From Ptychomitrium polyphyllum (taxonomy: Eukaryota), in contig OZ316775.1 in assembly GCA_973851085.1 (NCBI GenBank), forward strand, positions 18,042,001 through 18,106,000: a stretch of DNA of 64,000 bases. The letters are read 5' to 3'. Made by a program: the position numbers and the translations under genes. This document shows positions 27,078-40,633 of this stretch, piece by piece. The stretch's first letter is position 1. Each line of letters begins with the position of its first letter. The notes below the pieces were generated by a model. It searched no databases and had not been told where the DNA came from. It saw only the letters and a program-made list of their open reading frames with translations.

Positions 27078-29292
27078 CGTGAACGCTTCAATAATAACAA
27101 ATTCCTACCACTAATGCAACTGACGCTCGCAGCCAACCTCCGAATACTCCCTCTCTCTTGCTCAAAAACTCGCCTCCAACAGAACCAATTTAGCTCCCCG
27201 AACGCAAACCTCGTACACTTCCAGAATCTCCACACTTCTCCCTTTTAAACTCCACGCCTCAGAGCTCAGAAATGAAACCTTCACACGAAGTCGTCAAGCC
27301 ACTCTCCTTCCCTCTCTTCGTGGAACTCGACACAAGGGCACAGGTACTGCCAACCCGCTCCGATCTCTCTTTGGACTCACATCCTCTCCCCTCAAGATTC
27401 TACAGCCAGGCACATCGACAAGCGTGACCTCGAAAGGTGCCAGAAACGCAGAACCACTGCGCCATCAACGAAACCTTCGCCACAATCTTCCTCCAGCTAT
27501 ACTTTCGTCCTGCACAGGCGCTCCGCTCTTGCTTTCTGACTCTCATCCTCCACCCTCGGCTACAGACATCATCTCCAGCGCATTATGTGAGAGTAGCCTC
27601 CACTACTGTAAGGATTCCCAAGCGGCTCTTAGAAGCGAGCTCCCGACAACCCGCCGCGCGCAACGCGAGATTGCAGAATTAAGAGACCTCTCGGATGCTG
27701 AACAACAGTGGTGTCGAATGGGAATCCACAGTAATGACATCCCGTTTGGTGCAAAAATAATCTCCGTCCCAAGTGCGCACAGACTCGCGCAATGCCTGCC
27801 GAAGCTTCTCCAGTGCACGCATCCTTTCTCTGCAACTTGAAGGTCCGTTGACACTCGGCGTCAAGGACTCCAGTTCTCCGCTGAAACCTGTGTAATACTT
27901 CTGTGATATTTATCTGATGCTGAAGTGACTCCCGCACGATACACAGGGCCACAATGGGCTGTCATCACACAGCCCTGCTCTGTCCGGGCTAGGCACCAGC
28001 TGCAGCGAGGCGAATGCACGAGGGCTAAGGTTTTCGATTGATACCTGTGTGATGCCCGCTTGAAACATGTGTGATTGCAAAGTGGACAACTTGCAATTTC
28101 GGAAACGATTCTCGGCCACTATATTTAGCCATCGAGGTCCGATTCCTGGAGTGCGGAATCTGTGTGGCTGCCTACTCTCTGGTGGTGCGGTGCGGTGCCC
28201 GAGTCAACGATCGGTGTCCAGAGTCGGCTCGAGTTCCCAGCTCCCTAGATTGCGTTGATTTGGAAGTTTGTCACTGGCTGTCTTGGGTGCTCGGGAGAGT
28301 ATTATATTCAATAGTGATTATCCCCGGCAAGACAAGCCAAGGTCCATGAAATTATAATAGCTTTCGAAAAGGTTTAATACCACTTTTTAATTGAATTTAA
28401 GATCATGATAAGTTCAAGTTGGTGATTGGATGGATAAATTGATAATAGTGGTGATTATGTTGTGACTTGCCCAAAGGACTAATCATAACCTATAAAAAAA
28501 ACAAGTTTGACAACCACTGATATAAGGGTTACACTAAGTTGCACAAATTTCCACTAATGATTGGATGGAAATCTAAAAATTAGCCCTAAAGACTCTCTAT
28601 TTTAGGCCAAGCTAATCTTTAGAAATTTATATTTGAGTGACTTGATATGATATTCTAATGTAATCCAATACAATCTCAATTTCAATTGATGGGTCTTTTA
28701 CAGATGAAAATTCAACATCCTTCCTTATTGATGTGTCACTGGTGCCTCCTTCTTCACATCTTCTTGGCCTCAATGTTATATTTGCTACAAGCTGGCCTGA
28801 AGTTTGTTTGGCCCTAGGCTCAGGTGGAAAGCAGCCACAACAACCCTTACCCCACTACAAAATAAATTCTGCCAGGTGACCTCACAAATTACTCCCACAA
28901 GAGGGCCCCTCGAACAAGTATAACCTCTGACTGGCTAAGATTGTGCACACTGCACCAAGTCCAAATACAGCAACTCAATGTCCTTGTGTGGCAAGATTCT
29001 TAGCCATAATTTAGGGCAGGCAATACAGCAAGTAATAAGACAGTCGATCATGGCAGCCATCAAAATCTCTAGATATATAGAGCCTGCTGTACGTTTCCAG
29101 CACAGTCCTTATTGGAATATTTCCAGCACACTCTGTGATACTAGAATACCAGTTCCCATTCCCTAACCGTGGGTGGAGAAATTTCTTGTGTTGTGGTCCC
29201 CATTATCCAGAATATATGGCATTTTGCGGTATTTTAGGTCATGTTTTAGGATCTCTGTTGGTACAGTAGTTACCCCTAATGCGGGAAAACCC

Positions 29293-29322
29293 TGGGTATC
29301 GCCAACCCATAGGCGATACCCA
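29293..29322. repeat. Perfect 11-bp inverted repeat (TGGGTATCGCC / GGCGATACCCA, 8-nt loop)
   Basis: Arms at 29293-29303 and 29312-29322. Confidence 0.9.
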
Positions 29323-29524
29323 ACCGTGTTTTCGAAACGCAGTTGAACGGGGAAAAAAATTTATTTCTTTTTTTTCATTCGTGAACGCGAGGTGTAGGTG
29401 GGATATTAGCCCGGGCGCATTAGGCAAGACTCAAATAAAGTATCACAGCGTCTTCTTCGTACGACGGAGTATTGTAGAGAATCTAGTGAATATTTCTTGT
29501 GTTGAGCCATTTGTGAAGAAGTTA

Positions 29525-29695
29525 TTATAAAAAAAGTAAAAAGAAATGAAAAAAAGTAAAAAAATAAAATAAAAAATAAAAATACTTTAAAAAAGTTAAA
29601 AAAAAATTTTAAATTTTTTTTTAAAATTTTTAAAAAATAAATAAAAAATAAATTTAAAAAAAAATTATATATATATATATTTATATATAAAATTC
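29525..29695. repeat. Low-complexity A/T tract with (TA)n
   Basis: Runs of poly-A and poly-T plus TATATATA, with almost no G or C. Confidence 0.9.
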
Positions 29696-30963
29696 AATAC
29701 ACCCATTATGATTGATGTTATTTCTCATAACAATTTATGATGTTTTAAACCAATGCAAGAGAAGTAAAAACCATTTTTATCTGTTCTTATTTTAGTCTAA
29801 AGAGTCACCTTTCAGTTACATCTAATCACACCTTGTAAATTCTTGCTATATACCTTCTTTATATAATGTTCAGTGTGTTATATGTTATATTTTGATGCAT
29901 TAGATTTATTTTTTTAAAACTTATTACAAATAAAAGGCCTAGTTTATTTAATCACAGAGAGCATATTGAATCCAAAAGCAAACAATTTTATATGCACTTT
30001 CTTCAAACATGATGAAATCACTTTCAACTAATTATCTTGGTTTTAGGTGCTCATACTCTTTGCCGGTCTCACATACTTCGACGGTTTTGGGCATTGCACC
30101 GGCCTCCCTGCCTCCTTTGGGCACGCGCGGGTTTAAAGCCGACGGCGCATTCAGATAAGGAGCCAGTTGGCTATTACCCACGTGGCAACTGCTCATTCAC
30201 TAAGCTAGTGGCAACCTCGCAACCGAACCCGGATTGCTCGTGAGATTTCCTGCATGCAGACAGAAATCACCGAATTCGGCACCTACAGCGGCCAAGCTCG
30301 AAGCCAGTTCGGAATTTAAGTTGTTGTGGAGCTTTGTTGTTGAGTTTGCAGGTGCGTCGTCTTGGTCACATAATCCTCTGCATGTGCACATCTCGCAACG
30401 TTCGTTGCATGGGATGGTGGTCACTCTATTGTCAACTTCCTCGAGGTATAGTACAGCTCTTCAACAGGCAAGCTTTTTAGGTTATGTGTGCTAGCATCAT
30501 GTGGTTGTGTGATTCTGTGAAGCTTGGACGCGAACGAGCTTCTGTATTTGAGTTTTTTGATCTGTATGTGTGATGGTGGAATGTGGGAGAGGGCCAGAGA
30601 AATGTGAGGTCGTTGCTGTGGGGAGAAGCCTTTTTAGGTTTAGGGTTTTGAGGTGAGGACGAGGAGTTTGGGTAACTCGATCGAGGTGGTTGAGATTTTT
30701 TTGGTTGTTTGTGCGCTTGTGTTGCGCTGGGTTTATCTTGGGGTTGAAGGGATCTGATGATTTTGAGACTTTGTTGGTTACTGTACAAGGTTTGGACGGT
30801 CTCGTGATTGTGGAGGACTTGTGATGAACCACGCGTAATGCCCGTTTGAGCGGCAATTATTTCAGCAGATTTACCGACATATTTCAGTTGGGGTCTTGAC
30901 TGTGGCATCATCTTATTATCGTAGACAGTGTACTTTTTTCGGTTGAATCGTCTCTGGGATATT

Positions 30964-31025
30964 CTGATTGTTTTCGACGAGTTTTGGTACGTCACTGATT
31001 GTTTTCGACGAGTTTTGGTACGTCA
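30964..31025. repeat. Perfect tandem duplication, 2 x 31 bp (CTGATTGTTTTCGACGAGTTTTGGTACGTCA)
   Basis: Units at 30964-30994 and 30995-31025, about 250 bp upstream of the dirigent ATG. Confidence 0.95.
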
Positions 31026-31275
31026 CCATTATCTGAGGAGGACTCTAGTTGTGAAAACTTCTACTCTGCTGTTAGTGATGTTTGGCACAGGTGGAGATTT
31101 TTATTTGCGTGCAGTGACCTAAGAATTAAGTCAATGGTTAGTTTGGTTCATGTCATAGTAACATTTGTCCACGCGCTGAATGTTTGATCGTTTGCATCAC
31201 AGAAAGCATTTGCTGATTGTTGACATCAACGGCCGGTGCAGTTAACGGCTTCAAGACTGATCCCTAATCAGCGCA

Positions 31276-31806
31276 ATGTCAAACCAGCAAGTTGGAGCTG
31301 TGGCACTTGTAGCACTCGCTTCATGGGCTTTGGCGAAGCTGGGCTACTCTTTGGTGTCAGCTCCCAAGGAGTCGAACCTCGCACTCTACGTGCACGAGAT
31401 GCGAGCACCTCCAGACTCGACTGTCTTGGCAGCTGCAGGAACTGGCAAAAATGACTTCACGAATATCGGCTTCGGAAGTTTCCTGGTGTTCGACAACGAA
31501 ATCAGGGATGGTCCTGATCGCAACAGTCCCTTGCTCGGTCGACAAAGAGGTTTTGGACCCATTAGTGACTTACAGGGCAAGCAAGGCATTCAGCTAACTT
31601 CTACCATGGTGTTTGGGAGGGGGTCGAGCTACAATGGAACTGTCACCTTTCAAGGAAACGTAGGTGGCCCAGAGCCCACTACGGAACTTGCAGTTTTGGG
31701 CGGAACAGGGGATTTTAGAGGTGCGAAGGGGTATGCCATTGTCGAGGCAGTCAAGACAAGTCCACTTGGGGCCGTGTTTCGGTGGAACCTCTACTTATCT
31801 TACTAG
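31276..31806 (+). CDS. Dirigent protein (176 aa, single coding exon)
   Basis: Hydrophobic N-terminus followed by dirigent motifs LYVHE, FGSFLVFDNEIRDGP, LLGRQRG, YNGTVTFQG and ELAVLGGTGDFRGAKGYA. Confidence 0.92.
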   Translation: MSNQQVGAVALVALASWALAKLGYSLVSAPKESNLALYVHEMRAPPDSTVLAAAGTGKNDFTNIGFGSFLVFDNEIRDGPDRNSPLLGRQRGFGPISDLQGKQGIQLTSTMVFGRGSSYNGTVTFQGNVGGPEPTTELAVLGGTGDFRGAKGYAIVEAVKTSPLGAVFRWNLYLSY

Positions 31807-34800
31807 AGGGCAATTTTGCTATAGCTGTAAATTTGTGATTGCATCCTATGTGAATTGCTCCATTTGTATTAGTGAAGGATTCACGGTCTTTGTTCAACTT
31901 GTTGAGTGTAGCTCCTGGCTCTGAGTTACCTTTAAAACCGCTGGTACTAGACTTGAAGTTGACGTTTACGCCATAGTAAAGCTTAATTAGCTTACGATTT
32001 CGTTTGTTCTGGGGCATTGCCTAATATGGAATGGCAAGCTATCGTATGGTCGATTTGTGAGTTGTGAGGAGAATGTAAAGTAGCACTCTTGAAGAGCCTC
32101 TTGTACTCTATAACTGTAAGCACCACATAAATGCACATATATTCTGATTGCATTTCATTAAATAGACATTCCCTACTCCTGAAATGTGCTCTATTCGGTA
32201 AGATAATTTGCTTGACTAGTGCAAGTTCTATGGCTCGACTTCAGATTGGGTTACAGTGGCGACCATTGTCAACAAATCAGGCAGAATGTGTGAACGACTT
32301 AGATATCACACTTGAATTTGTAACAATTGATCTGCTTCTATTGTCACATGGTAATTGATATGCGTCCTTTGGTATGGCATGAGAGCGAGCGCAACTGTGT
32401 GCAGGAGCATGATGAAATGTGGAAATGACGAAACGTTGATTGTGTTGCGGATAGTTATATCCTTAGATGCATAGATTCAAATGTGGATCTGTTTGGTGGA
32501 TGCATCCTTCTTACATGCTCTGACGTGACAGAGTAGAGTACCTAGTAGCATCACAGAAGGTGAAAGATGCAAGACTATTTATGTCCTAAGTTCATATATT
32601 TCAGCATGGACTTAGTTGTATACATCCATTGGCAATCTTAAAAACTTTGACACATATGCCAGTTCTTAGAAACTCACAAATCACGAGTTTTATCTTGACA
32701 TTAAGGATGGCAGCACGGGGAACGTAGCGAGAAAGGATGATCTTCCGGGCAGCAGCGACAACAGCGCTGGCAAACTGTGTATGAGAGTGGTGTGAGTGGG
32801 AGCTCGGCGTGCACGCTGCACCGCTGTATCAGAGCCCCCGCAGACAGAGATGGCCAAGGCATCCTTACAAGGGACGGCAATGCTCACCTTGACAGTCCGG
32901 GCATATCAACTTCATGCAGTTTTCGAGGTCTAGATGATACTCGTGTGATGTTTCTGCAATACTCAAGTTCTACCCGAGCGGGTGTATTTGAAAAATGGAC
33001 AAGACTGATGGCATTGTCAATACCGTCATGACTTCTGTAGTCCACTCGGGTAGTGTTTGAGTGGAACGTCTGCTTGCCTTACTACACGTCAGTTTTGGTA
33101 TAGCTGTATATTTGTGTCGCATCTGATGTGCATTGCTTCATTTGTACTAGTAATGTAGTCACTATTTTTGGTCATGTCGTTGAATGTAATACTTGACACT
33201 AAGTTTCGTTCAAAACTGCAGTAAGCTTTTGATGTTTGCGTAACAAGCTTAGCATACAGAAATTCATCATTCTGAAACACTGCCCAATTATGGTAATGGC
33301 AAGATTCCGTATGATCAGTTTGTGAGCTTTGAGGAGAATGTAAAGCGACATGGTCTTTAGATTTCTTTGGATTTCACATGTATGTATCCAAGATTCCAAA
33401 AAGGAACAAATCTTGTTTAATGAAATACGAGAACTGACATTTTCTGTATTAAATACCTCAACCACTCTGGTGAGAACTGTCTGCAATGGAGATAAATGCG
33501 TTACTATATACATGTAGGCTGCTTGAAATCCAACATTATTTTTCAAGTAGACATTCCGAACTACTTGTAAAGACCAAAAGATAATCTCATTAAGAAGTAG
33601 GTGTCTATGCCATGATTATACACTGGGTCATAATTTCCAATTGCTGTAGAAAGTACAACTTTAAGCCGAACGTGCAAACAGTCAAACCGCATATCTGACT
33701 GTCTAAGAAACTGAATGGGATTGTGAGAATTGATATAAATTACATTGTTTCTATGAAAAATGACTTTGCATTCCTCTTTGGTATTGGCTAAAGCACATAT
33801 GTATAAGAAAGCATGATGACGATGTTCAGATAAACATGCTTTTGTTAGTCCTATCATGCTGAACTGTGGCAAATATGTTCACAACAGTGCAGCATTCTTA
33901 CAGTCTGACGTAGCCCAATGATATAAAAAAGTTGAATTGTGGAAAAATCAAGTTATGTGGGCTTGAGCTGCTTCTAGAATCCTACATTACTATCATAATT
34001 TCTTCTTCTCGAATACTCACTCCGTGCTTGTGAGAAAATTGCAACTAAAGCTGTTACTGTGTAGTGGGGAAATAGTTGCTGATGAGCACGAGTATACCGC
34101 CGTCACTGAATTTCGAAAATTCTCGTAAGTTCTGAAGAGACCACTAGGATTTCTGATTGCTCTACTGTAAATTTTACATCCATTCTCCATCGACTCCCGG
34201 TTCTCTGCACATAACGGAAAAGATAAACGACATCACAACATCGCATCTGCTGCCAGCAGCCAGCGGCTGCGTCAGATCTTATATGCATCTCCATAGACCA
34301 GTATCTTTTCAAACGGAAATATCACCATGAAACGTTCACTTAAAGCCTTTCAGAAAGTTGATAGAAGTATTGAACTAATATTCACAACGATGGCATCACA
34401 TGAAGTATAATTACCACAGGGTACAGTGAGTCCAGGTAGGACTTTTGATTCTCACCCGTAGTCTCTAAGGATATTAATCTAGCGCAAGGATAATGAAAAG
34501 CTGCGCACATAACCAAACATCGTCAATTATTTAATCATAGATCTAGTGACGCAGCCGCTGGTCTGCCACTTAGTAAGACTGCATCAATTTTATTTCTACT
34601 TTTCCTTTTTCTTTGGGTGCAATGCTGAAAAACTGAATTCATAGCAAAGGATAGAAGTACAACTGCACAGCGCAGCAGCGGAGCAAACCATCGCTCGACC
34701 TCTCTCAAACCACCCTGACCACCAAACAAAATATCCCACACTGGAGCAGAAGGGTCAACATTCTGCGTCCAGATCTTGTCTAGACTTCATCAGATTAGGA

Positions 34801-36083
34801 CTTTGCTCTTCGCAATGAAGAATCAGTTACATCGGGCCAGAAAAAGGAAAAAAGTAGAAACTCCTACATACTACTGAAGTTGTAAAAAGCTACTTGCGCT
34901 TCAACACCTAACTAGTTAATGATTTGCGTGGTCACTGCCATCAGTAAGCCGATTTTGAACCAAAGCCGGTTCTCCTCAATCTGGAGGCTACTCTTAGGAT
35001 AGTTGAGGTTGCTGCAGCTTCCTCCGGGGCAGGAACTCCAATTAAACTCATTGACATTTCCTGAAATGTTGAATGTTTCGCTCGCTTCCTTCTGCAACGA
35101 AAGATGCTTCTTTCTACAGAATGGTACAGGTTGAACCAGGTCACAAGCTTACGAACAATATACCCCTGCATCTGGAGAATAGATGCAGCTTTTAATTAAC
35201 CAAAATCTCTACCAGTGAAGCTAGGGACGCATCGTAGTATGTGCCTCATAATTCCTCATCTCCCATATCGAAATGCTGCGGAGTTTGCAAAGACCAAGCT
35301 CAGAGGCATTCTGAAGGTCTCGCAAGAGCTCAACTCAAATTTGAGCGAAATAACTCTATCACCTCGATAGTCCAGGTTTCCAATTAGGGTTGGTGAATTA
35401 GGTCTCATGTTCAAATCACAGGGACTGCAATGAACCTGTTACACAAAACCTGAATTCCATGTTGGAGATAGTCAACACCTCGTAGGAAAGATCTCCCCTG
35501 TGCATTCCGTTTGTGCAAATGATGTAGATATGTTCCAAAATAGTTTGGAAACTGGCTCCCCTACTACAACACAGCTTCCAGAGTTTCTTATCTTGTCAAA
35601 TCTGTCAAAAAGAATTTTAAGTGAATGACAATCGGTGTGTTACACAGCATTCTTGTAACATCTCATACCAACCAGATTACTGGTCCTCTATACATTGTCA
35701 GCATCTGAAATCTCAACTGCAGTTCATCTTCGTTTCTATCTAGAACTCAACCAACAACTGTTTCGCAGCTCCAGATTACGGACGAATTAAAAGGACAGCA
35801 CAATGCAAGCTGCTGTAACGGGGTTATTCAGAACTTTTCAAAATAAGAAGTTAACAAGACTGGGCTCATCACACGTGAACTCTGCATTCACTTTACCCAC
35901 GTGTATCATCATTATCTGGCTATTTAGGCTGAAGCTCTCCAGCAATATAAGTAAGTCCTTGAACCAAACTTGGCAAGAACAATGCAAAGGAGGTGTTTGC
36001 CATCTGAACAACTTACACATGGTTAGTCGTCTCATCGCCCAAGCTCTCAACAACTGGCTTTCACAACTAAATGCTGCATACAG

Positions 36084-37306
36084 TCACTCTGTTCCTGACA
36101 CTCTTGTCTTCTGTTCTGCAGTTCTGTCCCTTACTCTTCTTCCTGCTTCTTCTTCTGCTGCTGAATTCGATTCAAGAAATCTCAATACCCCTCCAAACGT
36201 AAGTCTAGCTTCAGGATCCAATTGCCAACACCAATTCAGTGGTTCACGCGTCCAGCCATCAACATACTCAGGCACCTTAGTCACTCAAGAACAAGATCGT
36301 AGTTCCTTTCTAAATGACCTTCAAATGGCAGCTTCCCTGTCAGGATCTCGTAGTAAGTCATTCCATAGCTATAAACGTCTGCTTGCATTCCTCTCTTTGC
36401 AAGCTTGCAATGTCTCAGGTGCCCTAAGGAATCCAGTTCCAATAACAATAGAGCACTCAAAGTCGGCTATATATAGTACCATCCACCTTCTTTGCCATGA
36501 ATGAGCACATTGGATGCTTTGAGGTCCCTGTGAAGGATATTATGATCATGCAACCACTCCATCCCGTCTGCTCCTCTTTTTGAGAATGGTCCAGAGTCTT
36601 GGCTAGTTCTCAGTGTCATATGGCTAGTTTCCCTTTGCGTCAGAAATGCAAACCTGCCGTCCTTCAATAATGTTCCACGATACACATTATAAATGCACCT
36701 CAACCCCTGATCAATATGAATCTTAAGCTCCACAGTTTCCACATGTCTGCCATAACTGCAAGTATCCCTCGGGCCATTGGGCTTCAACTGGCGCAACAAA
36801 GTCCCCTTCTTGAAGACCTTCAGCACCCTCCTCACATCCGTTTCACGTTTACTTGCTTCGTGCCACTGAACCTGGGCATGGTAGAGTTCTGCCTGTCCGC
36901 CCTCCGCAAACTTCTCCCCAACCACCAACTCACCCACACTTCTACGTATTCCCAAATCATACCCGAAGGTGCGGAAGAATCAGGAGGGATGCCTTTACAG
37001 TTCCTTGAACACTCGAACGTTGTCGGCCCTCACTGCCTCCTCGTCATCTGTGTCGCCATCGGACTCCATCTGCACTAACTGGCTCCAGTGGCCCCTGGTA
37101 TGCTCGATCTGCTCCTCAATACTGGTACAACCTTCGCTACTCTCCATCCTCTCTCTAATCCTCTCACTGCGTGGAGAGGAGGTGGATGCATGCTCAGAAG
37201 TTGCAGTGGCAAGTGCTGTGACATATTCCAAGTCGCTTGATGCACAAGAAGGGCCTGAGGAGGCCGATTCTTTAATCTGGCTGGTGCACGCATTTGTATT
37301 TCCCAT
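36084..37306 (-). pseudogene. Decayed TKL/Raf-like protein kinase pseudogene
   Basis: EKFAEGGQAELY, VLKVFK and ILHRDLKASNVL in one frame. IADFECS..GTGFLRAPE, ADVYSYGM..EILTGKLPF and CWQLDPEARLTF follow across frame changes. In-frame stops near 36995 and 36980, several frameshifts and internal deletions. Confidence 0.85.
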
Positions 37307-39904
37307 TGTTTTACTGCCCTAACACTGGAACCCGCTCCTTTTTCCTGTAACTCAAATCAGCAAGCACACCTGAGATGTTGGGGTTCAAATCGAGACCATA
37401 CCAAAGTTCACGTCGAAATAAAAATCTCCTGCAACCTATCTCTTTCTTGAGCTGCCGGGAATGACCAAATTGAACACGGCTACACCAGCAAAAGCGTTTT
37501 ACGTGAAATCTGGACGATTAATGCTGCTCAAATGCCGCGGAACTAACACTTAATCAAAACTCTATAACTACAGCCACTGGAGTACGCAGAATCTGCACAC
37601 TTGTAGCAAATACGTGAACGATGAAAGATCTTACATGGCAGGCGACCAACAATGAATCAGCGATCGCTATCACACACTTCGGGGTAAGGACTAGGAGAAA
37701 ATCCCAGGAAACAGTTACAAATCCGAAAGCTTCCGACACGAAGAAGACTTGCCATTCCTCCCGCGTAGTCAGTGCATTCTGGCCGGCCCTGATGACAGCA
37801 GGGGTGACAACAGGGGCGACACTCACGCTTCGGATACGTCTCCGAGTACGTGTAGTTGTTTGTTGTAAACCGCAACCGCTCCTCAAGTACATCCGGACCT
37901 GCTAGGGCTTGCGAACTGTGGGTAGACGAAGAGTTAGGGGATGCAGATTCACTGTAGCCGCTGCTTCAGACCATTGGATCTTGTTCACCCGACGTATCAG
38001 GTGGGAGTCGAGCAGCCAGATGCAGCATTCTGAAGTTCCGGCATCGTCTGTTGATTCTCCGAGGCGCAGTGACCTGCGATCTCAGCACTAGGGGCACAAA
38101 TTCCAAGATGTGGCCCAGTTCAACTTGGGCACTTCACGTTCAGATTGTGAAAGTTATTGATGCTCACCATTCATCATATCCGTAGCTTGCCACAATTTCG
38201 TGTTCAAGCTCAATGTGACGACCGCATGCTGCACAAAACAGAAGATGTCAAGGTGTGATGCTATTTTCCTCAGCTCATACAACTAAAGATCTCACCTGAA
38301 CCTCATGATTAAACAATAATTTCGACAACGTCAAAACAGCGTGGATAGAGATCACGACACAGTGAAGCTCTACTGGCAGAATGAATTCCGATCCAAATGA
38401 CAGAGTGCGCACCCACTCGTTGCAATGAAATTAACGAAAGGTTTCAGAAGCGATGGCCACAGAGGAAAAAATAACCTTGGGGTTCACGACGTCCAGGACG
38501 ACAGTTTGAACCCCGTCCATATATGTAAACTTAGCACAATGGTATTAAACTGTGCATGGAATCAAATCACAACCTTCATGCACGTTTCATAATTCGTACA
38601 TAGATCACGGGGTAGTGCTCAATGAATTAAAACTCCTCAAAAACCACATTTTAATCTTCAGCCATAAGGAAATAAAAAATAGATTACAAGTGAGGACATC
38701 GTATCTAGCAACTAAACAATTTCCACAGCAACTAGCAGTTTATGTGAGTTACCTCAACAAGCTGATCGGTACATGCAACAGTTAGATGTTGCGAAGAATT
38801 CTGACGAACACTAAATTTTGACGATGGGAAGTGCAAAAGTACCTTCTAGAACATGAACTTGCCATTTGCAGTGATGATGTCAAAGAAAGCTAATTTCTTC
38901 TTTCTCCATATGGACCTCATTGTATCCGTTGTGCATTACTTTATGTTAATCTTCAACACCACCAAAAAGAGGAAGCAAATGGCGTTACAGTGAGCTCAGG
39001 AACCTTTTTCATTTGAAGCCACACGCAAGTAACTTAAACAGACTGTTCATGATCTGTGATCACTCTCAGTGATATGCACGGTGACATCCGGATTCTGTAC
39101 ATAACCAGCAATTACACGTGACATTAAGCTTGAACCAGTGCAGCCACTGTCGGCCCCAGCCGCCAGACTTGATAAATTTATGCAGCTGGAAATTTTTTAA
39201 GTATGTTCTGCTGCCTTAACCAATACGCACATACTCTAAATTTGTGGCTGCAAGCCTGTGACGCAGCAAACTTGGGGCGTTGCAACCTTAGGTTTCTCGT
39301 GCAGTTATGCAGGATAGAGTTGAAACTGAAAAAAGTGAGTTGTGGTGTATGTATTACCGACTTATGTCTGGCCTCACTTGAGAGGACAAGGACATAGTTT
39401 GGATGTGCACGTACATCCACCGGATTGCATTAAACAAATTACTTCAGGCTGAATGCATGCTAAACGCACAATGACGGTCTTTACAGATCCTCGCGTTTCA
39501 ATACATGCTCTGCTATGGTTACAGCTCGAAATCTGCATCTTGACCAGCTGACCATGTGCTTGAAACTTGATGCAATGGACAAACTGATTACTGTATACGA
39601 CTATGACTCAGACATCAGCTCATTTTCATCCCCTACCGTCACTGCGCCTAAAGCCAACATTATCCGTGCAGTTTGTAAACTTCACGAAGTGAAGTGTACG
39701 CTGGCGCGAGATAAGTGGTCGGGTTTGGGAGGCGGTGACGGTTTCGGGTGTGGAGTGTGAGAGAGACGGATCAAGGTGGACGTCATGGTGACAGGCGCTC
39801 CGGAGCAAGGGATTGATGATCGGGGGTGCGAGTGTTTTTTACAGTGTGGTTTGGCAAGCGAGGTGGTGTCGTTGATTAGGGTTTCGGAGCACAGCAGGGG
39901 AGCC

Positions 39905-40633
39905 ATGAAGTCGGAGATGGCAGGCATGGAGTTCTCGTGCGTAATGGACTCCATCGAGAAGTATCAATTTCCAGCGAAGGAGTGCGTGTTGCCGTTGCTT
40001 TCTAAGGTGCTGGGGTACGCCATCGTTGCGGCGTCAGTGTTCTTGAAGCTGCCCCAGATTTACATCATTGTCAAGAACAAGAGCATCAAGGGTTTGAGCG
40101 TGGCCAGCTTCGAGCTCGAAGTGGCGGGGTTCACGATCGCGTTGGCGTACTGCTTGTTCAAGGAGCTGCCGTTCTCGGCGTACGGTGAGCTGGTGTTCAT
40201 CCTAGCACAGAGCGTAGTGTGTTTGGGTTTGATCTATTACTACTCTCCCAAGGTGGGTGTGTCCGTATGGCTGAAGACTGCGCTCTACTGCGCGCTGGCG
40301 CCTACTCTTTTAGGCGGAAAGCTGGATGCGAAGCTGTTTGAGGCGTTGTACGCTTGCCAGCATGCGATTTTCTTCTGTGCGCGTCTGCCGCAGATTTATG
40401 AGAATTTCAGGAATAAGAGTACGGGGCAGCTGAGCTTTATGACGAGTTTCATGTCCTTTGCGGGGTGTGTGGTGCGGACGTTCACTAGTGTTCAAGAGAA
40501 TGCTCCGTTGAGTATGTTGGTGGGGTGCTTGTTGGGTCTTCTTACGCATGGTACAGTGTGTGCGCAAATCGTTGCTTACAGGTCGTCATCTGAGGCGGTG
40601 AAGACGGAGAAGAAGGCTAAGAAGATGGAGTAG
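39905..40633 (+). CDS. MPDU1: Mannose-P-dolichol utilization defect 1 homolog (PQ-loop membrane protein), intronless CDS
   Basis: Two PQ-loop repeats (FLKLPQIYIIVKNKSIKGLS and ARLPQIYENFRNKSTGQLS), plant-type N-terminus FSC..S...FPAKECVLPLLSKVLGY, and a lysine-rich C-terminus KAKKME. Confidence 0.9.
   Translation: MKSEMAGMEFSCVMDSIEKYQFPAKECVLPLLSKVLGYAIVAASVFLKLPQIYIIVKNKSIKGLSVASFELEVAGFTIALAYCLFKELPFSAYGELVFILAQSVVCLGLIYYYSPKVGVSVWLKTALYCALAPTLLGGKLDAKLFEALYACQHAIFFCARLPQIYENFRNKSTGQLSFMTSFMSFAGCVVRTFTSVQENAPLSMLVGCLLGLLTHGTVCAQIVAYRSSSEAVKTEKKAKKME

Noticed and set aside
27424..28349. Cluster of 60-138 aa ORFs upstream of the P450
   Set aside because: No recognisable motifs and no consistent exon chain.
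35803..36504. 233-aa plus-strand ORF
   Set aside because: Largely antisense to the kinase pseudogene, with no domain features.
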